Below, one piece after another: positions 9,651 through 20,430 of a DNA stretch of 64,000 bases (positions are counted from its first letter, which is position 1; each line of letters begins with the position of its first letter). Source of the DNA: Promethearchaeota archaeon (GTDB taxonomy: Archaea > Asgardarchaeota > Lokiarchaeia > Sigyniarchaeales > SOKP01); assembly GCA_011364925.1 (NCBI GenBank), contig RDOA01000008.1, forward strand, positions 40,744-104,743. Reading direction: 5' to 3'. Below the pieces are notes generated by a model. It searched no databases, was not told where the DNA came from, and was given only the letters and a program-made list of their open reading frames with translations. The translations under genes were made by a program, and so were the position numbers.

Positions 9651-10826
9651 TTATAATTTTAGTTTTTTTACAATTTTTTCTAAATCATCAGCAAAACGAG
9701 ATAAGTGTTGTCTTTTTACATGAGGCATTACAACAATTCTAATTAAATTTAAGTCATTGAATTTCCCTAACATCCACAAATTTTTGCGTAGCGCTTGTTC
9801 GAGCTCACACACACTATCTCCGTTTTCAGTGGTGATGCCTACAATATTCAATACGGGATTAGTAGCGATTTTTACCCCTTGAATTTCAGATATTCTTTGC
9901 ACTAAGTATTCAGTGTTTTCCATACACTTTTTAACGATTTCTTTGAATCCATTAATGCCTAAATACTTTAAAATCACCCAAAACGCAATAATTGGACCTC
10001 CAGGTCTAGTGCCGACGATATGAAAATGCTTAAATGATCCACCAGCTAAATACGGGATTTCAAAACCTGTCCTCTGTAATATTGAAGCATCTTTGATAAA
10101 ATAACCACCTGAAGGAATTACTCCTAGTCCCATTTTATGAGGATCAGCTGTAATTGAATCTACTGTATTTACGGAAAAATCCCATGAAGGAACCTTATAA
10201 CCCAGCCTTTTAAGAAAGGGCAAAACAAATCCTCCGAATGCGGCATCTATGTGAAAGAAAATGTCTTTCCCTTCAATCAATTTCCCTATTTTTTCAATAG
10301 GGTCAACTAATCCTAAGGAGGTAGTACCCGCAACTCCAACAATCGCGCATGTATTTTTGTTAATTAATGATTCAAAGTGATCTAAATCTACTTGATAATT
10401 TTCTAAGAGTTTAGCTTTTCTCAATTTAAGGTTCAAGAAGTCTGCAGCTTTATCAAAAGAAAGATGAGCAGAAGCTGGAACCACAATTTCGGGCTTTTTT
10501 ATGTCAGGTCGTAAATTTCTAGCTATTCTCATCGCTATCAGATTAGCTTCAGACCCTCCTGTAGTGAATGCCCCAATAATATTATTGTTTCCGAATAAAT
10601 CACCAATTTCTAAAACTAGTTCCTCCTCAAGTTCTGCTGTGCCTAAAAATAACCCTGGGTCACCTAAATTCTTAGAAATATACTTTAGATAGATTTCCTT
10701 AGCAAGATCTAAAGGTTCTGTGCACATAGATCCTAAGATTGACCCTGAATCGTAAGAAAAATCTTTCTCTAACTTCTTGTCAAGCAATTCGAGTATCTCT
10801 CGTTTCTCTAAGCCTTCTTCTTGCAT
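9651..10826 (-). CDS. mfnA: PLP-dependent tyrosine/aspartate decarboxylase MfnA
   Basis: ILGSMCT, NLGDPGLF, GGSEAN, HIDAAFGG, DPHKMG, GTRPG. Confidence 0.93.
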   Translation of the reverse strand: MQEEGLEKREILELLDKKLEKDFSYDSGSILGSMCTEPLDLAKEIYLKYISKNLGDPGLFLGTAELEEELVLEIGDLFGNNNIIGAFTTGGSEANLIAMRIARNLRPDIKKPEIVVPASAHLSFDKAADFLNLKLRKAKLLENYQVDLDHFESLINKNTCAIVGVAGTTSLGLVDPIEKIGKLIEGKDIFFHIDAAFGGFVLPFLKRLGYKVPSWDFSVNTVDSITADPHKMGLGVIPSGGYFIKDASILQRTGFEIPYLAGGSFKHFHIVGTRPGGPIIAFWVILKYLGINGFKEIVKKCMENTEYLVQRISEIQGVKIATNPVLNIVGITTENGDSVCELEQALRKNLWMLGKFNDLNLIRIVVMPHVKRQHLSRFADDLEKIVKKLKL

Positions 10827-10950
10827 TTTTTATGGGGGTGATACGACTAAGTTACTTCAATTCTAAAAAGTAAAAAGCTTAAAAGAATTAAAATTTTACA
10901 ATTAGAGATTTAAATTTAGAAAAAATTTTCAAAGCTGTAAAATTATGTGG

Positions 10951-11286
10951 CTAAACAAATCGTTTTGAGTCCCTTTTAGTAAACTTATCTATAACGAGAG
11001 ATAATTCTCTATTTAAATCTATTTTATAGTAATTAGCCACACAACTTATAGAAAAAATAACATCAGCTAATTCTTCTCCTAGATTTTTTTCCGCTTCGTC
11101 TGTTTTTTTAGGTTTATGACCTTCGAGATGGTTTATTTCTTTTGCTAATTCACCTACTTCTTCCACTATTGCACTTAACATAGAGAGAGGAGGCCAATAT
11201 CCACCATGAGCCACTATCCACTTGTCAATTAATTTTTGATGTTCTAAAAGAGAAATATTTTTGTTCATATATATTTTAATAAACAA
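10951..11286 (-). CDS. MazG-like nucleotide pyrophosphohydrolase
   Basis: EEVGELAKEI...LGEELADVIF. Confidence 0.88.
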   Translation of the reverse strand: MFIKIYMNKNISLLEHQKLIDKWIVAHGGYWPPLSMLSAIVEEVGELAKEINHLEGHKPKKTDEAEKNLGEELADVIFSISCVANYYKIDLNRELSLVIDKFTKRDSKRFV

Positions 11287-11306
11287 AGCTATTTATTGTC
11301 AGATAT

Positions 11307-13445
11307 TTACGAATGTAAAGTATACCGTTTTCTCGATTCCCATTCAGCTTTCTTACCTAAATTATATCTATTTACTTCGCTATAGTACCCCGTAATTCTC
11401 GAATACACCTTAACGTCTCCAGATTGACAAATTGGACAATTAAAAGTTCCACCCCGGAACATTTTTCTGCAATGAGGGCAAAAAGTAAAATCAGTTGTGT
11501 AAGCGAAATACGCTGTGTTTGTATTGAGACAAATGTTTTTAGTCAACTCCCATAAGCCATGAATATCTGGATTCTGCTCACCGAGCCAAATATGAGTAAT
11601 TACACCTCCTTCTACAATGGGGTGCAAATCTCCTTGCTTTTTAATCCTTTCAGGTAAACTTATATCAGCATCATATCTGAAATGGCTAGAATTTGTATAG
11701 TATGCTGACTCACCTGAAGATTGCGGGATTGCTTGTTTAGGGAAATGCTTCAAATCTAATCTTGCAAATCTTCCGGAACTAGATTCAGCAGGTTGTTCCC
11801 ATAAAGAAAAGCTAATTCTTTCCCTCTCTGTCATGAAATTGCACTTAGCTACCATATATTCTAAAACTTTTTTTCCTAATTTATATGCAGTCTCATTTTC
11901 ATGTAATTCGTATCCAGTCAATCCCTTCATGGCTTCGTTCAAACCAGTAAAGCCGATCGAAAGGTTTTGATCTTTTAAATTAAAAATTGATTTTCCATTA
12001 ATTTCGCCACTACATAAGGGTAGATGCCCCGATCTTAAACGCTTTTCCATTAAGCTCCATTTTTTTAGTAAAATCCTCGCAGAAAGCTCTATTTTTTCAT
12101 CTAAAATCCTAAAATAATCATCTTCATTATTAGCCATATATGCATATCTTGGTAAATTAAGACTAACGCTTTGAAGTGAGCCAATTGAGACATAATTCTC
12201 CCATACATTAGCATTCTTTCTTTCTTCGGAATCTAATATACATTTACTAATAATCTGATTTCCACTTAAAAATTTTCGACAACATTGGCTATGAATTTCG
12301 TCTGGCATCCATTCAGGACACATATTAAGAAAATAGGGAGTCCCCATTTTCGCAACTTCTTCCATTAACTTAATGTAGGATGGTTCGAACTCTTTTAACC
12401 ATTCCTTTTTAATTTTTATTTCGTGTTTCGGAAACGCAAACAGCTTTCCATCGTAATCTCCTTGGATATAAACGTCGGTAAGAGCATCAAAAAGTTTTAA
12501 ACACTCCTCTTTATAATCCTCATACTTTCCAATGACTTTACCATGGGGACCAATAGCGGGGATGTTTAGCAACCCGTCAGGTATTGTGGGAGTACATGAT
12601 ATTGATGTAAAGGGTACTTGACCTCCTCGAGCTGCAAAAATTTGATTTGTTTCAAATATTAAGCATTGCATAGATTGTTCGATTTCTCCCGCGGAAAGAC
12701 CATGTGCATAAGGAGCGAGGAATGTAGTAATATAGTCGTACCCCTGACCGCCTGAAAATTCGCCCTGAATAGTGCCTAACCATTTAGCTAAGTGTGTTAC
12801 TGCTACCCTTAAACTTCCTGCAGGACCCGATCGATTACAATGAGCCCAACTATTTACAGGTGGTAATCCGTGTTCAAGAATCATACGTGGATCCCATTCC
12901 TGACAAAAAGGTCGAAGGTCGAAATATCTAAGCATATGTACGTGAATATCTCCACATAAATGGGCTTGTGCTTCTTCAGAGTCTAAAATTCTTAGGAGAG
13001 CGTATTCATCAGAAATTCTATTTGCAGCCCAATGATGAATACTCTCTGGGTTCATATCTTGATTAGCGTTTTCATTAATACCCTTCTCAAGTATTGCTTC
13101 ATAATCCATTAAAGGCATACCGATTCGAGTATATAGCTTACGTTCATCCTCGTAGTGTTCTTCTGATAAAATTGAGCACACAATTTCTCGTATGTGTGGG
13201 CCTGATAAAAATGATATATTAGAGGAAATAATTCTCCTCACAACTAATTGCGTAATTCTGTCAGCAGATTCTAAATCGAGCCCTGTTTCGCGCATAATGC
13301 TTTCTTTTATTTTTAAAGGGTTAAAAGGTACTACATCGCCTTCTGTTCGTGAAACTCTCGGTAATAAATTCTTTAAAAATCCACTTTCTAACAGCTTTTT
13401 TTCGTTAGTAGTTTCAGATTCTGGAGTTAAAACCATAACAATCAT
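11307..13445 (-). CDS. nrdD: Anaerobic (class III) ribonucleoside-triphosphate reductase with ATP cone
   Basis: N-terminal ATP cone, SQCCR, SLNLPR, QPAES, YYTNS, CxxC...CxxC, RITGYY glycyl-radical motif. Confidence 0.95.
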   Translation of the reverse strand: MIVMVLTPESETTNEKKLLESGFLKNLLPRVSRTEGDVVPFNPLKIKESIMRETGLDLESADRITQLVVRRIISSNISFLSGPHIREIVCSILSEEHYEDERKLYTRIGMPLMDYEAILEKGINENANQDMNPESIHHWAANRISDEYALLRILDSEEAQAHLCGDIHVHMLRYFDLRPFCQEWDPRMILEHGLPPVNSWAHCNRSGPAGSLRVAVTHLAKWLGTIQGEFSGGQGYDYITTFLAPYAHGLSAGEIEQSMQCLIFETNQIFAARGGQVPFTSISCTPTIPDGLLNIPAIGPHGKVIGKYEDYKEECLKLFDALTDVYIQGDYDGKLFAFPKHEIKIKKEWLKEFEPSYIKLMEEVAKMGTPYFLNMCPEWMPDEIHSQCCRKFLSGNQIISKCILDSEERKNANVWENYVSIGSLQSVSLNLPRYAYMANNEDDYFRILDEKIELSARILLKKWSLMEKRLRSGHLPLCSGEINGKSIFNLKDQNLSIGFTGLNEAMKGLTGYELHENETAYKLGKKVLEYMVAKCNFMTERERISFSLWEQPAESSSGRFARLDLKHFPKQAIPQSSGESAYYTNSSHFRYDADISLPERIKKQGDLHPIVEGGVITHIWLGEQNPDIHGLWELTKNICLNTNTAYFAYTTDFTFCPHCRKMFRGGTFNCPICQSGDVKVYSRITGYYSEVNRYNLGKKAEWESRKRYTLHS

Positions 13446-13860
13446 CTTTTTTTTTAATTTATTATTTCCACTTATATGATAACGGAAAATTACCGTTAAG
13501 AAAAACTAAAATTTTCGTCGGTTTGATTAAGCGAAATAATAGCTTAAATGAATATATATTCTCGTTAATACATTGCCTCTTTTGATATAAAAATCTATTT
13601 CTTTTTCCAATTTAAACTTAATCTATTAAATAATTGTTCACAACCTAAAAACTCTGTCAGGAAAATCACAGAAAAATCCATATTGTCACCGTTAAATTTG
13701 GGTACGTTATCACAAATCTCGATATTTTACTCGCAAACTTAAAATTGTCGTCTTAACTGGTTTTGTAATTTTCAATTTATGGGTGAAAAATTTAAAAAAT
13801 ATTGATTACGAGTATATTTAAAGAAAAATTAGATGAGATTAAGTTAAAAAACCAGTTAAA

Positions 13861-14190
13861 ATGAAGAAAAATCCCGTAAACAAAAGTTCTATCAATGGTA
13901 TAGAGGCATTGACTGGAATCTATCGAAAAACCTTAATCTATAACGATAATCTGATGTTATGTCATTTTTTCTTAGAAAAGAATTCAGAAGTTCCCCTTCA
14001 TTCGCACAAGGAACACCAAATTGGGTATGTAATTAAAGGAAAATTAAATTTTTTCACTGAAGATGGAGAATTTATGGCTGAAGAAGGAGACAGTTATGTT
14101 TTTGAATCAAATGAAAAACATGGGGCTAAAATCTTGGAAGATTCGGAAGTAATAGATGTTTTTAGCCCATCAAGGGAAGATTACAAATAA
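13861..14190 (+). CDS. Cupin domain protein
   Basis: PLHSHKEHQIGYVIKG...HGA...DVFSPSREDY. Confidence 0.9.
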   Translation: MKKNPVNKSSINGIEALTGIYRKTLIYNDNLMLCHFFLEKNSEVPLHSHKEHQIGYVIKGKLNFFTEDGEFMAEEGDSYVFESNEKHGAKILEDSEVIDVFSPSREDYK

Positions 14191-14223
14191 CACTGAATAG
14201 ATGTAGATAAACTTAATAAAGAT

Positions 14224-14595
14224 TTACCACTGATACGCAGCGACAACAAAAACGGCAATCATACAGAAAATAAATTGTGCTAATAGCCAGTCGATGAACA
14301 GTTTTCTTTTTTGATCTCTATTTTCCTTAACTTTCGCTGCTAATGCAAAACTAATTGCTGAATTGGTTCCAGTGAAGATTATCAGTGCAAATGTGGATGC
14401 GTTTAATCTTAATGTAATCATATCTAGGATATAATCAAAAATAAAAAAAACACTTAACAAGGCTAACATCGCTATTAAAAATATCCATCCCGAAAATTGA
14501 ATGACTTTCTCAAATACGATTTCCTCTTCAGATAATCCTCCTGGTAACCTTGTCGTTTTTTTCTTTACTTTTGACATGTCTTTAATACCATACAA
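14224..14595 (-). CDS. Small membrane protein (3 TM), unknown function
   Basis: Three hydrophobic segments; co-directional with nac. Confidence 0.65.
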   Translation of the reverse strand: MYGIKDMSKVKKKTTRLPGGLSEEEIVFEKVIQFSGWIFLIAMLALLSVFFIFDYILDMITLRLNASTFALIIFTGTNSAISFALAAKVKENRDQKRKLFIDWLLAQFIFCMIAVFVVAAYQW

Positions 14596-14661
14596 ATTAT
14601 AAACAATTGAATGCTTAATGATTCTTAACTCTTTTTTTTTCTATAAACTCATTTCAAAATA

Positions 14662-15141
14662 TTAAGGTTTATTTTTTAGAAATAAAATCGCCTTTGCTAT
14701 ATCTCCCTCGCTATCAATTAATGCAGCATTAGCCTCTTCCTTACTTACTTTTGCTTGAGTAGCTACTAACATTATATCATTTTCAGTAATAATCGTTTTT
14801 GTTTCAGATTCTTCGATTATTCCCTCTTCTTCCTCTTCTTCCCTTTCCCCAAACTGAACCTCGCCTACGGGATATTCCTCTGCTTCTCCTATCACTTGAT
14901 AAATTTCTTGACCCATTTGCTTCATTAATACGACTTCGGGTTGATCTATTACGAGTGTTTTATCGTAACTTTCGATTATTACGCGTGTGGCGTTAACTTG
15001 TTCCATATCTATTCCTTGTTGCTGCATTCGACGACGCATCTGTCGTGATGCAAATTGTTGACCTTCTCTTTTTTTTGTTGCTTGTGGACGTGTAGGTTTA
15101 CTTTTTTCCTTTTTTTGCATCTCTTTAGGCAATTTTACCAT
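14662..15141 (-). CDS. nac: Nascent polypeptide-associated complex protein
   Basis: RQMRRRMQQQGIDM, VIDQPEV...YQVIG, C-terminal UBA-like DIMLVATQ...GDIAKAIL. Confidence 0.92.
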   Translation of the reverse strand: MVKLPKEMQKKEKSKPTRPQATKKREGQQFASRQMRRRMQQQGIDMEQVNATRVIIESYDKTLVIDQPEVVLMKQMGQEIYQVIGEAEEYPVGEVQFGEREEEEEEGIIEESETKTIITENDIMLVATQAKVSKEEANAALIDSEGDIAKAILFLKNKP

Positions 15142-15189
15142 TTTTTCAACAACTCCAAACGATATTATATTATAATTATCTATTTATTT

Positions 15190-15681
15190 TTATAATTTTG
15201 ATTTATTGTTTCCTTTCCTAACTTTTATAGCAACTCCAGTTTTAAAACTTTGAACATATGGAACTGGGATCATTAGCTTTCCAATCGCTAAAGTTTCATT
15301 TTCCTGATTCACAACAATAACTTCATCTAAAGGTCTTAAATTTTCATCAATCTCAATAATGTGTTTACAGAAGACATTTCGACCTATTCTAATGAAATCA
15401 GATACTTCACTCATAACCACAGCTCTGAGTTTTGGTGAAGGGATATTCTTAGCTATTTTATCAGCTGAAAATAAACTTAGTGTAAAAAAACCATTTGTAG
15501 GTCTTAAATTTAATATAAGGTTGTTTTTATAATATACATGCTTTATTTTGCCTGTATTTTTAGAAAATTCAAAATGAATCTCATTTTCATCTTCAAACAG
15601 AATATCTGTGATCGGTTGACCAAATTGGTAATCAGAAATCGCTTTTGCTTTTCTTAAAGCAAATAGCATTTTGGTTTCCAT
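15190..15681 (-). CDS. PUA-domain RNA-binding protein (TGT C-terminal-like)
   Basis: DYQFG, SKNTGKIKHV, GRNVFCKH, RPLDEVIVV, GVAIKVR. Confidence 0.88.
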   Translation of the reverse strand: METKMLFALRKAKAISDYQFGQPITDILFEDENEIHFEFSKNTGKIKHVYYKNNLILNLRPTNGFFTLSLFSADKIAKNIPSPKLRAVVMSEVSDFIRIGRNVFCKHIIEIDENLRPLDEVIVVNQENETLAIGKLMIPVPYVQSFKTGVAIKVRKGNNKSKL

Positions 15682-15741
15682 ATTGACATATTGTTGTATA
15701 ACTTTACATTAAAATAAAATGGATTAATACAGATAAGAAGG

Positions 15742-16953
15742 TTAAGTATACATTCTTGATTGAACAGACTGATCTTTCATTTTATTCATTACTTTATTTA
15801 CAGCTTCAACAAAATCTTCTTTGACGATTTGCTCTGCATCTTTCCTGATTGCAAACATTCCAGCTTCAGTGCATATGGCTTTGATATCCGCTCCAGTAGC
15901 CCCCTCGGTTAATTCAACTAACCTATTAAAGTTAACTTCACCTTCAATATTTAAAGCTCTAGTGTGAATTTTGAATATTGATTTTCTTGATTCTTCGTCT
16001 GGTATGGGAAAATCAATCATTCGATCAAATCTACCTGGTCTTAATAAAGCAGGATCTAAGATATCGATTCGATTTGTTGCTCCAATTATTTTTACATCAC
16101 CTCTTTGCTCAAATCCGTCTAATTCGCTTAACAATTGCATTAAGGTCCTCTGAACTTCCCTATCTCCAGAAGTGGCAATTTTTAATCTTTGTGAACCAAT
16201 TGCGTCTAATTCGTCAATAAATAAAATTGTGGGCGCTTTTTGTTTTGCTAAATTGAAAATTTCTCTTACTAAGCGAGCACCTTCACCAATAAATTTCTGA
16301 ACTAATTCAGAACCAATTATTCTGATAAAAGTCGCTTCAGTTTCGTGAGCAACTGCTTTTGCTACGAGAGTCTTACCTGTACCCGGGGGTCCATAAAGCA
16401 AAACTCCTTTAGGAGGATCGATTCCTACTTTTTTAAATAAATCCGGTTTTAAAAGAGGTAATTCGACAGTTTCTCTTACTTCTTGTATTTGATCACTTAA
16501 TCCACCTACGTCTTCGTAAGAGATGTCTGGAATTTCGTCTATTACTTCCATTCCTTTCACAAATGGATCCAATTTAGTCGGTAGAATCTCCATAATTGCG
16601 AAAGTTCTCTGATTTAAGGCGACTCGCATACCAGGAGTTAAATTCTCATTTTTCACTTTTCTACTGGGGTTAACAACAAAACTAGGTCCTGTGGAGCTCT
16701 TAACAATGACTTTTCCCGTGTCTTCTAACATATCAATTACAGTAGCTGACACTAATGGAGGCTCTCTTAATCTGTCAATCTCATTTCTTAGACTATTTAA
16801 TTCCTGCTCTAATCTTAAACGCTCTGCATCTAAAAGTTGCTTCTCCGTTTCAAGATTTCTTAATCTTTTTTCTAAATGCCTCGTATAGGTGATTAGATAT
16901 TCTTCATCTTTCGAAGTTTCTTCCTTTTTTCTCCTGTCCTTAGTCGTTGTCAA
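15742..16953 (-). CDS. pan: Proteasome-activating nucleotidase
   Basis: Coiled coil + OB + AAA: [31 protein letters not shown]; C-terminal HbYX (MYT); TTG start. Confidence 0.97.
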   Translation of the reverse strand: MTTTKDRRKKEETSKDEEYLITYTRHLEKRLRNLETEKQLLDAERLRLEQELNSLRNEIDRLREPPLVSATVIDMLEDTGKVIVKSSTGPSFVVNPSRKVKNENLTPGMRVALNQRTFAIMEILPTKLDPFVKGMEVIDEIPDISYEDVGGLSDQIQEVRETVELPLLKPDLFKKVGIDPPKGVLLYGPPGTGKTLVAKAVAHETEATFIRIIGSELVQKFIGEGARLVREIFNLAKQKAPTILFIDELDAIGSQRLKIATSGDREVQRTLMQLLSELDGFEQRGDVKIIGATNRIDILDPALLRPGRFDRMIDFPIPDEESRKSIFKIHTRALNIEGEVNFNRLVELTEGATGADIKAICTEAGMFAIRKDAEQIVKEDFVEAVNKVMNKMKDQSVQSRMYT

Positions 16954-17195
16954 ATATTATCTTCCCCATCTTTTACTTATTTCAATTCTAAGATAAAAAT
17001 CTAAATTAATAATAACAATTTATTCATTTAAACTTAAGGTAATACGCTAATATCAGAAAGCAGTTGAGTAATAAAAAATTTTTGGATTATATTTTATAAC
17101 GAGTTCTATTTAGAAACCATAAATTATAAGAGTTCTATATCCCAATCTTATTTGTGAAGTTTTTCCTTTAAAATTACCAAGAGCAGTGTTATTCT

Positions 17196-17732
17196 ATGTC
17201 GAAAAAGAAGGGAAACGAATATGAGAAGGAATGTCCAATTTGTGGTGGAATAATATGGGGACAAGGAGAAAAGGTTCTCATTGAAGGAGCAAAAATTACC
17301 GTGTGTCAAAGTTGTGCTCAATTTGGCGTAAAAATTAAACCTAAACCTAAAATTGCGGATAATATGCAAAAAATTTATCCTAAACCTAAACCATCCTCGA
17401 AACGAATAGTTCATTCCAGAGATTTGGACGAGAGTGTAGAGATTGTTAACGATTATGTCAGGAGAATTAAAAAAGCTCGGAATGCTCGCGGACTGAATCA
17501 AGATCAGTTTGCTCAAAAACTAAACGAGAAACCTTCTTTATTGAGAAGAATTGAAGCTGGGAAAGTCGAGCCTACAATACAGTTGGCAAAAAAGATAGAA
17601 CAAGTTTATAGCATTGTACTTCTTAAGCAGGTAGATGAAATCGAACCTTCAAATAAGCAAAGCCAGTATATGAAGAAATCTAGTGGCTCTTCTTTAGGTG
17701 ATATCGCTTATGTTAAAAAGAAGAAGAAATAG
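17196..17732 (+). CDS. mbf1: Multiprotein bridging factor aMBF1
   Basis: CPICG...VCQSC zinc ribbon + Cro-like HTH; SLGD tail; divergent from pan. Confidence 0.92.
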   Translation: MSKKKGNEYEKECPICGGIIWGQGEKVLIEGAKITVCQSCAQFGVKIKPKPKIADNMQKIYPKPKPSSKRIVHSRDLDESVEIVNDYVRRIKKARNARGLNQDQFAQKLNEKPSLLRRIEAGKVEPTIQLAKKIEQVYSIVLLKQVDEIEPSNKQSQYMKKSSGSSLGDIAYVKKKKK

Positions 17733-17864
17733 CATCTAATTGAAAAAAGAAAGTCAAGATCTATCTCGTTGGATTGAAGGTCTTTAGATAAATAGTACCT
17801 TTACTAATCCTTAAGTTTATTTTGTATATATAATATTCTCTAGAGGATAACTCAAGGAATTAGG

Positions 17865-18437
17865 TTATAAATCAAGATTTTCAATAAGAACAATTTTTTC
17901 TTTTAGAAATTGGATTAGTTCTTGATTGTCTTGTGCTTCTAGCGGACCCCCACAGTCGGGACATCTAAAATTCAATTCAAAAGCCTGATCAAAATTAAAT
18001 TTGTTACTAGAACTCGAGCATTCTTTACAGACAAAAAAATAGTTGCTTTCTTCAAATTTTAATCTCTCTCTTAATTTTGTCTCCATTAATTTCCTTTTCT
18101 CCATTAATATTTCTTCAAACAAGTCAAATTCATGCCACCAATAATAAATAAACCATCCCGTAGATTTATCTCTAATTCTTCTAAATTGAGCGAGCTTGCT
18201 ACTATATAGTTTGTAAAGCGTTTTTCGTACAGTATTAAGTTTCAAAAATTCCCCATCATTATCTTCAAAGATTATATCAGGTTTTAAATTTTTAAGGCGA
18301 TCTTTAATGTTTTCAGTGATACCCTCATCAGTTATATCCTCCTCTTCTGAATTTAATAATTCAATTCCAACTTCAATAGCTATTTCGCCACCTATTATAA
18401 ACAAAAAAGATCTTAATAGAGGGTTCATTTCTTTCAT
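17865..18437 (-). CDS. tfe: Transcription factor E (TFE alpha)
   Basis: LNTVRKTLYKL, RDKSTGWFIYYW, CKEC...FRCPDCG. Confidence 0.93.
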   Translation of the reverse strand: MKEMNPLLRSFLFIIGGEIAIEVGIELLNSEEEDITDEGITENIKDRLKNLKPDIIFEDNDGEFLKLNTVRKTLYKLYSSKLAQFRRIRDKSTGWFIYYWWHEFDLFEEILMEKRKLMETKLRERLKFEESNYFFVCKECSSSSNKFNFDQAFELNFRCPDCGGPLEAQDNQELIQFLKEKIVLIENLDL

Positions 18438-18540
18438 AATTCTTTATCTTCCCATTCTTATCTATTCTTCTTACTATTAAAACTTACATTAAAATTAAAT
18501 TTTTTTAAATTTAAAATACTAAAATTAATTTTCCTGACTC

Positions 18541-19323
18541 TTAAACTATAATTGAGTACTGTTTTTCTATCACTTCACCATCAACATCAAGAGAACGAAA
18601 CATTTTTCCTTTTCGCACAGCCATGATTCTTAATAAGGAAGAATTTTTGATGTTCTTAGGGATCTCAATCTCATTTATTTTATAATTATTAAATATTATA
18701 AGGGATTTCCAATTTTTAGGAATCTCAGAAATAAAATCAGGAACCGCTGAATCTAACACCATCTTTAGGTTAGTAGCAGTGGTGCTTAATGTACCACTGC
18801 AAAATTGAATTCTTTTGCTCAAATCATCATCTTCAACTTTTTTTTTCGATGGTTGGGGGATGCTCTTTTTCGTAGTTACCTTACAATTTGGATTAATACC
18901 AAAAGATAAGAGTAAGTAGCTGTTTTTTCTAAAAATATCTATCGCTTGTAATAATTGATTCTTTTTTACCTTGTCAATAATGTCAGCTTTATAATTTTTC
19001 GTTTGACCTGTAGATTTTTTCAATTCCCATGTTAACCCAAGATGTGATATTGTTTCTTTTAAATCCTCACCTGATATCAACTTTCCTTTAATCTCAAATT
19101 CAAGTTCGGAACTAGAGATCGATTTACCTACTAGTTCTAAAATCAAATCTTCATATTCATGAGTTCCTTTAAGCGTGATTTTTCCACTGGTTTTAGAGAT
19201 CTTTAGCGCGGGACCAATAAAATCTCCTTTTGAGTATCTATAGAAATGTCTATGAATACTCATATAGTTTTTCGGTGGATTCTCTAAAATGGGGTTCTTG
19301 ATTAACTCACTTAAAAAATGCAT
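18541..19323 (-). CDS. Conserved hypothetical archaeal protein
   Basis: 260-aa ORF, HRHFYRYSKGDFIGP motif; co-directional with tfe. Confidence 0.7.
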   Translation of the reverse strand: MHFLSELIKNPILENPPKNYMSIHRHFYRYSKGDFIGPALKISKTSGKITLKGTHEYEDLILELVGKSISSSELEFEIKGKLISGEDLKETISHLGLTWELKKSTGQTKNYKADIIDKVKKNQLLQAIDIFRKNSYLLLSFGINPNCKVTTKKSIPQPSKKKVEDDDLSKRIQFCSGTLSTTATNLKMVLDSAVPDFISEIPKNWKSLIIFNNYKINEIEIPKNIKNSSLLRIMAVRKGKMFRSLDVDGEVIEKQYSIIV

Positions 19324-19417
19324 CTTAACTCGTTAAATTATTTCTCTAATAATATATATCTAAACAATGATATTATAAATAGAACATAACTTTAAATTTT
19401 AATTTATGCATTAAGTA

Positions 19418-20314
19418 GTGAGCAAAATTAAAACAGAAGATTCTATTGTTTCGAGCATCGTCAGCTATTTAGAGGATAATTTTAAAAATAATCTCGTTAG
19501 TGTGTTCGGTATTGGAAGCTATTTTGATAAATCACTTCCATTTGATTGGAAAATCACTGATATTGATGTAATTGTCATAGTAAACTCCCTCGATACAATC
19601 CCGAAGCCTGAATGGACTGAAGTTCGATATGAAACTAAATTTATTAATAATTTCAAAGTCTGGTTGGGATACAATACACTTGAAGGGTTAAAAAATAAGG
19701 AAATTTTCAACAAAGAATCGTTTGCTAACTACGAATGGAGCCTTATAGACTTAAAGTGTCCAAAAAATTCTCAAATCTTATATGGTAAGGATATAAGAAG
19801 CCAGCTCCCAAAGGTCTCTGAATTAAAGTATAATTTTGATGATATTTTTGCGAGGAGCCTTTATCATCTAGATAAGAGTCTTAAGGAATTTAGTGGTTTA
19901 AGAGTATCGAATAAGGACATTTTAGCGTCTAAGAGAGAATTTACTAAGGCTGTGTTCAAATTCGGATTCTATCTATGTAAATATTTCGATAACGAGTACT
20001 ACTTAACCTCAATTCTTGATATATCAAAACATATAGAAAATTTGCCTTTAGACAAGATGGTGCGAAAAAAAATGCTATATTTTACGAAAGAGTCGGTTCT
20101 TTTTAGGAGAACAAATAAATTCTCTACAGATTTTAAAAATATTCAAAAAAACTATACATTTTTTATTATTTCTCTTCTTCGAAACGGAATCCTCCATCGA
20201 CAATTAGAATATCAAGAACTAATTAGCTATCTTAAGGAATTACTCAATGGGTTGCCATATCTCACAAGCTACATAAAAATTGCTAAAAAGATCTATAATT
20301 CCTCTAAAAATTAA
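19418..20314 (+). CDS. Pol-beta superfamily nucleotidyltransferase domain protein
   Basis: FGIGSY...DIDVIVIV; helical C-terminal half. Confidence 0.7.
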   Translation: MSKIKTEDSIVSSIVSYLEDNFKNNLVSVFGIGSYFDKSLPFDWKITDIDVIVIVNSLDTIPKPEWTEVRYETKFINNFKVWLGYNTLEGLKNKEIFNKESFANYEWSLIDLKCPKNSQILYGKDIRSQLPKVSELKYNFDDIFARSLYHLDKSLKEFSGLRVSNKDILASKREFTKAVFKFGFYLCKYFDNEYYLTSILDISKHIENLPLDKMVRKKMLYFTKESVLFRRTNKFSTDFKNIQKNYTFFIISLLRNGILHRQLEYQELISYLKELLNGLPYLTSYIKIAKKIYNSSKN

Positions 20315-20430
20315 AAAAGATAAATAACTATTTTCACTTATCCCAACAGATATAAAATCAGATTAATAAACTTAAAAAAAAATAAAATATAAGATATTAT
20401 TTAAACCACTAAAATAAGAAACGATGTTTA

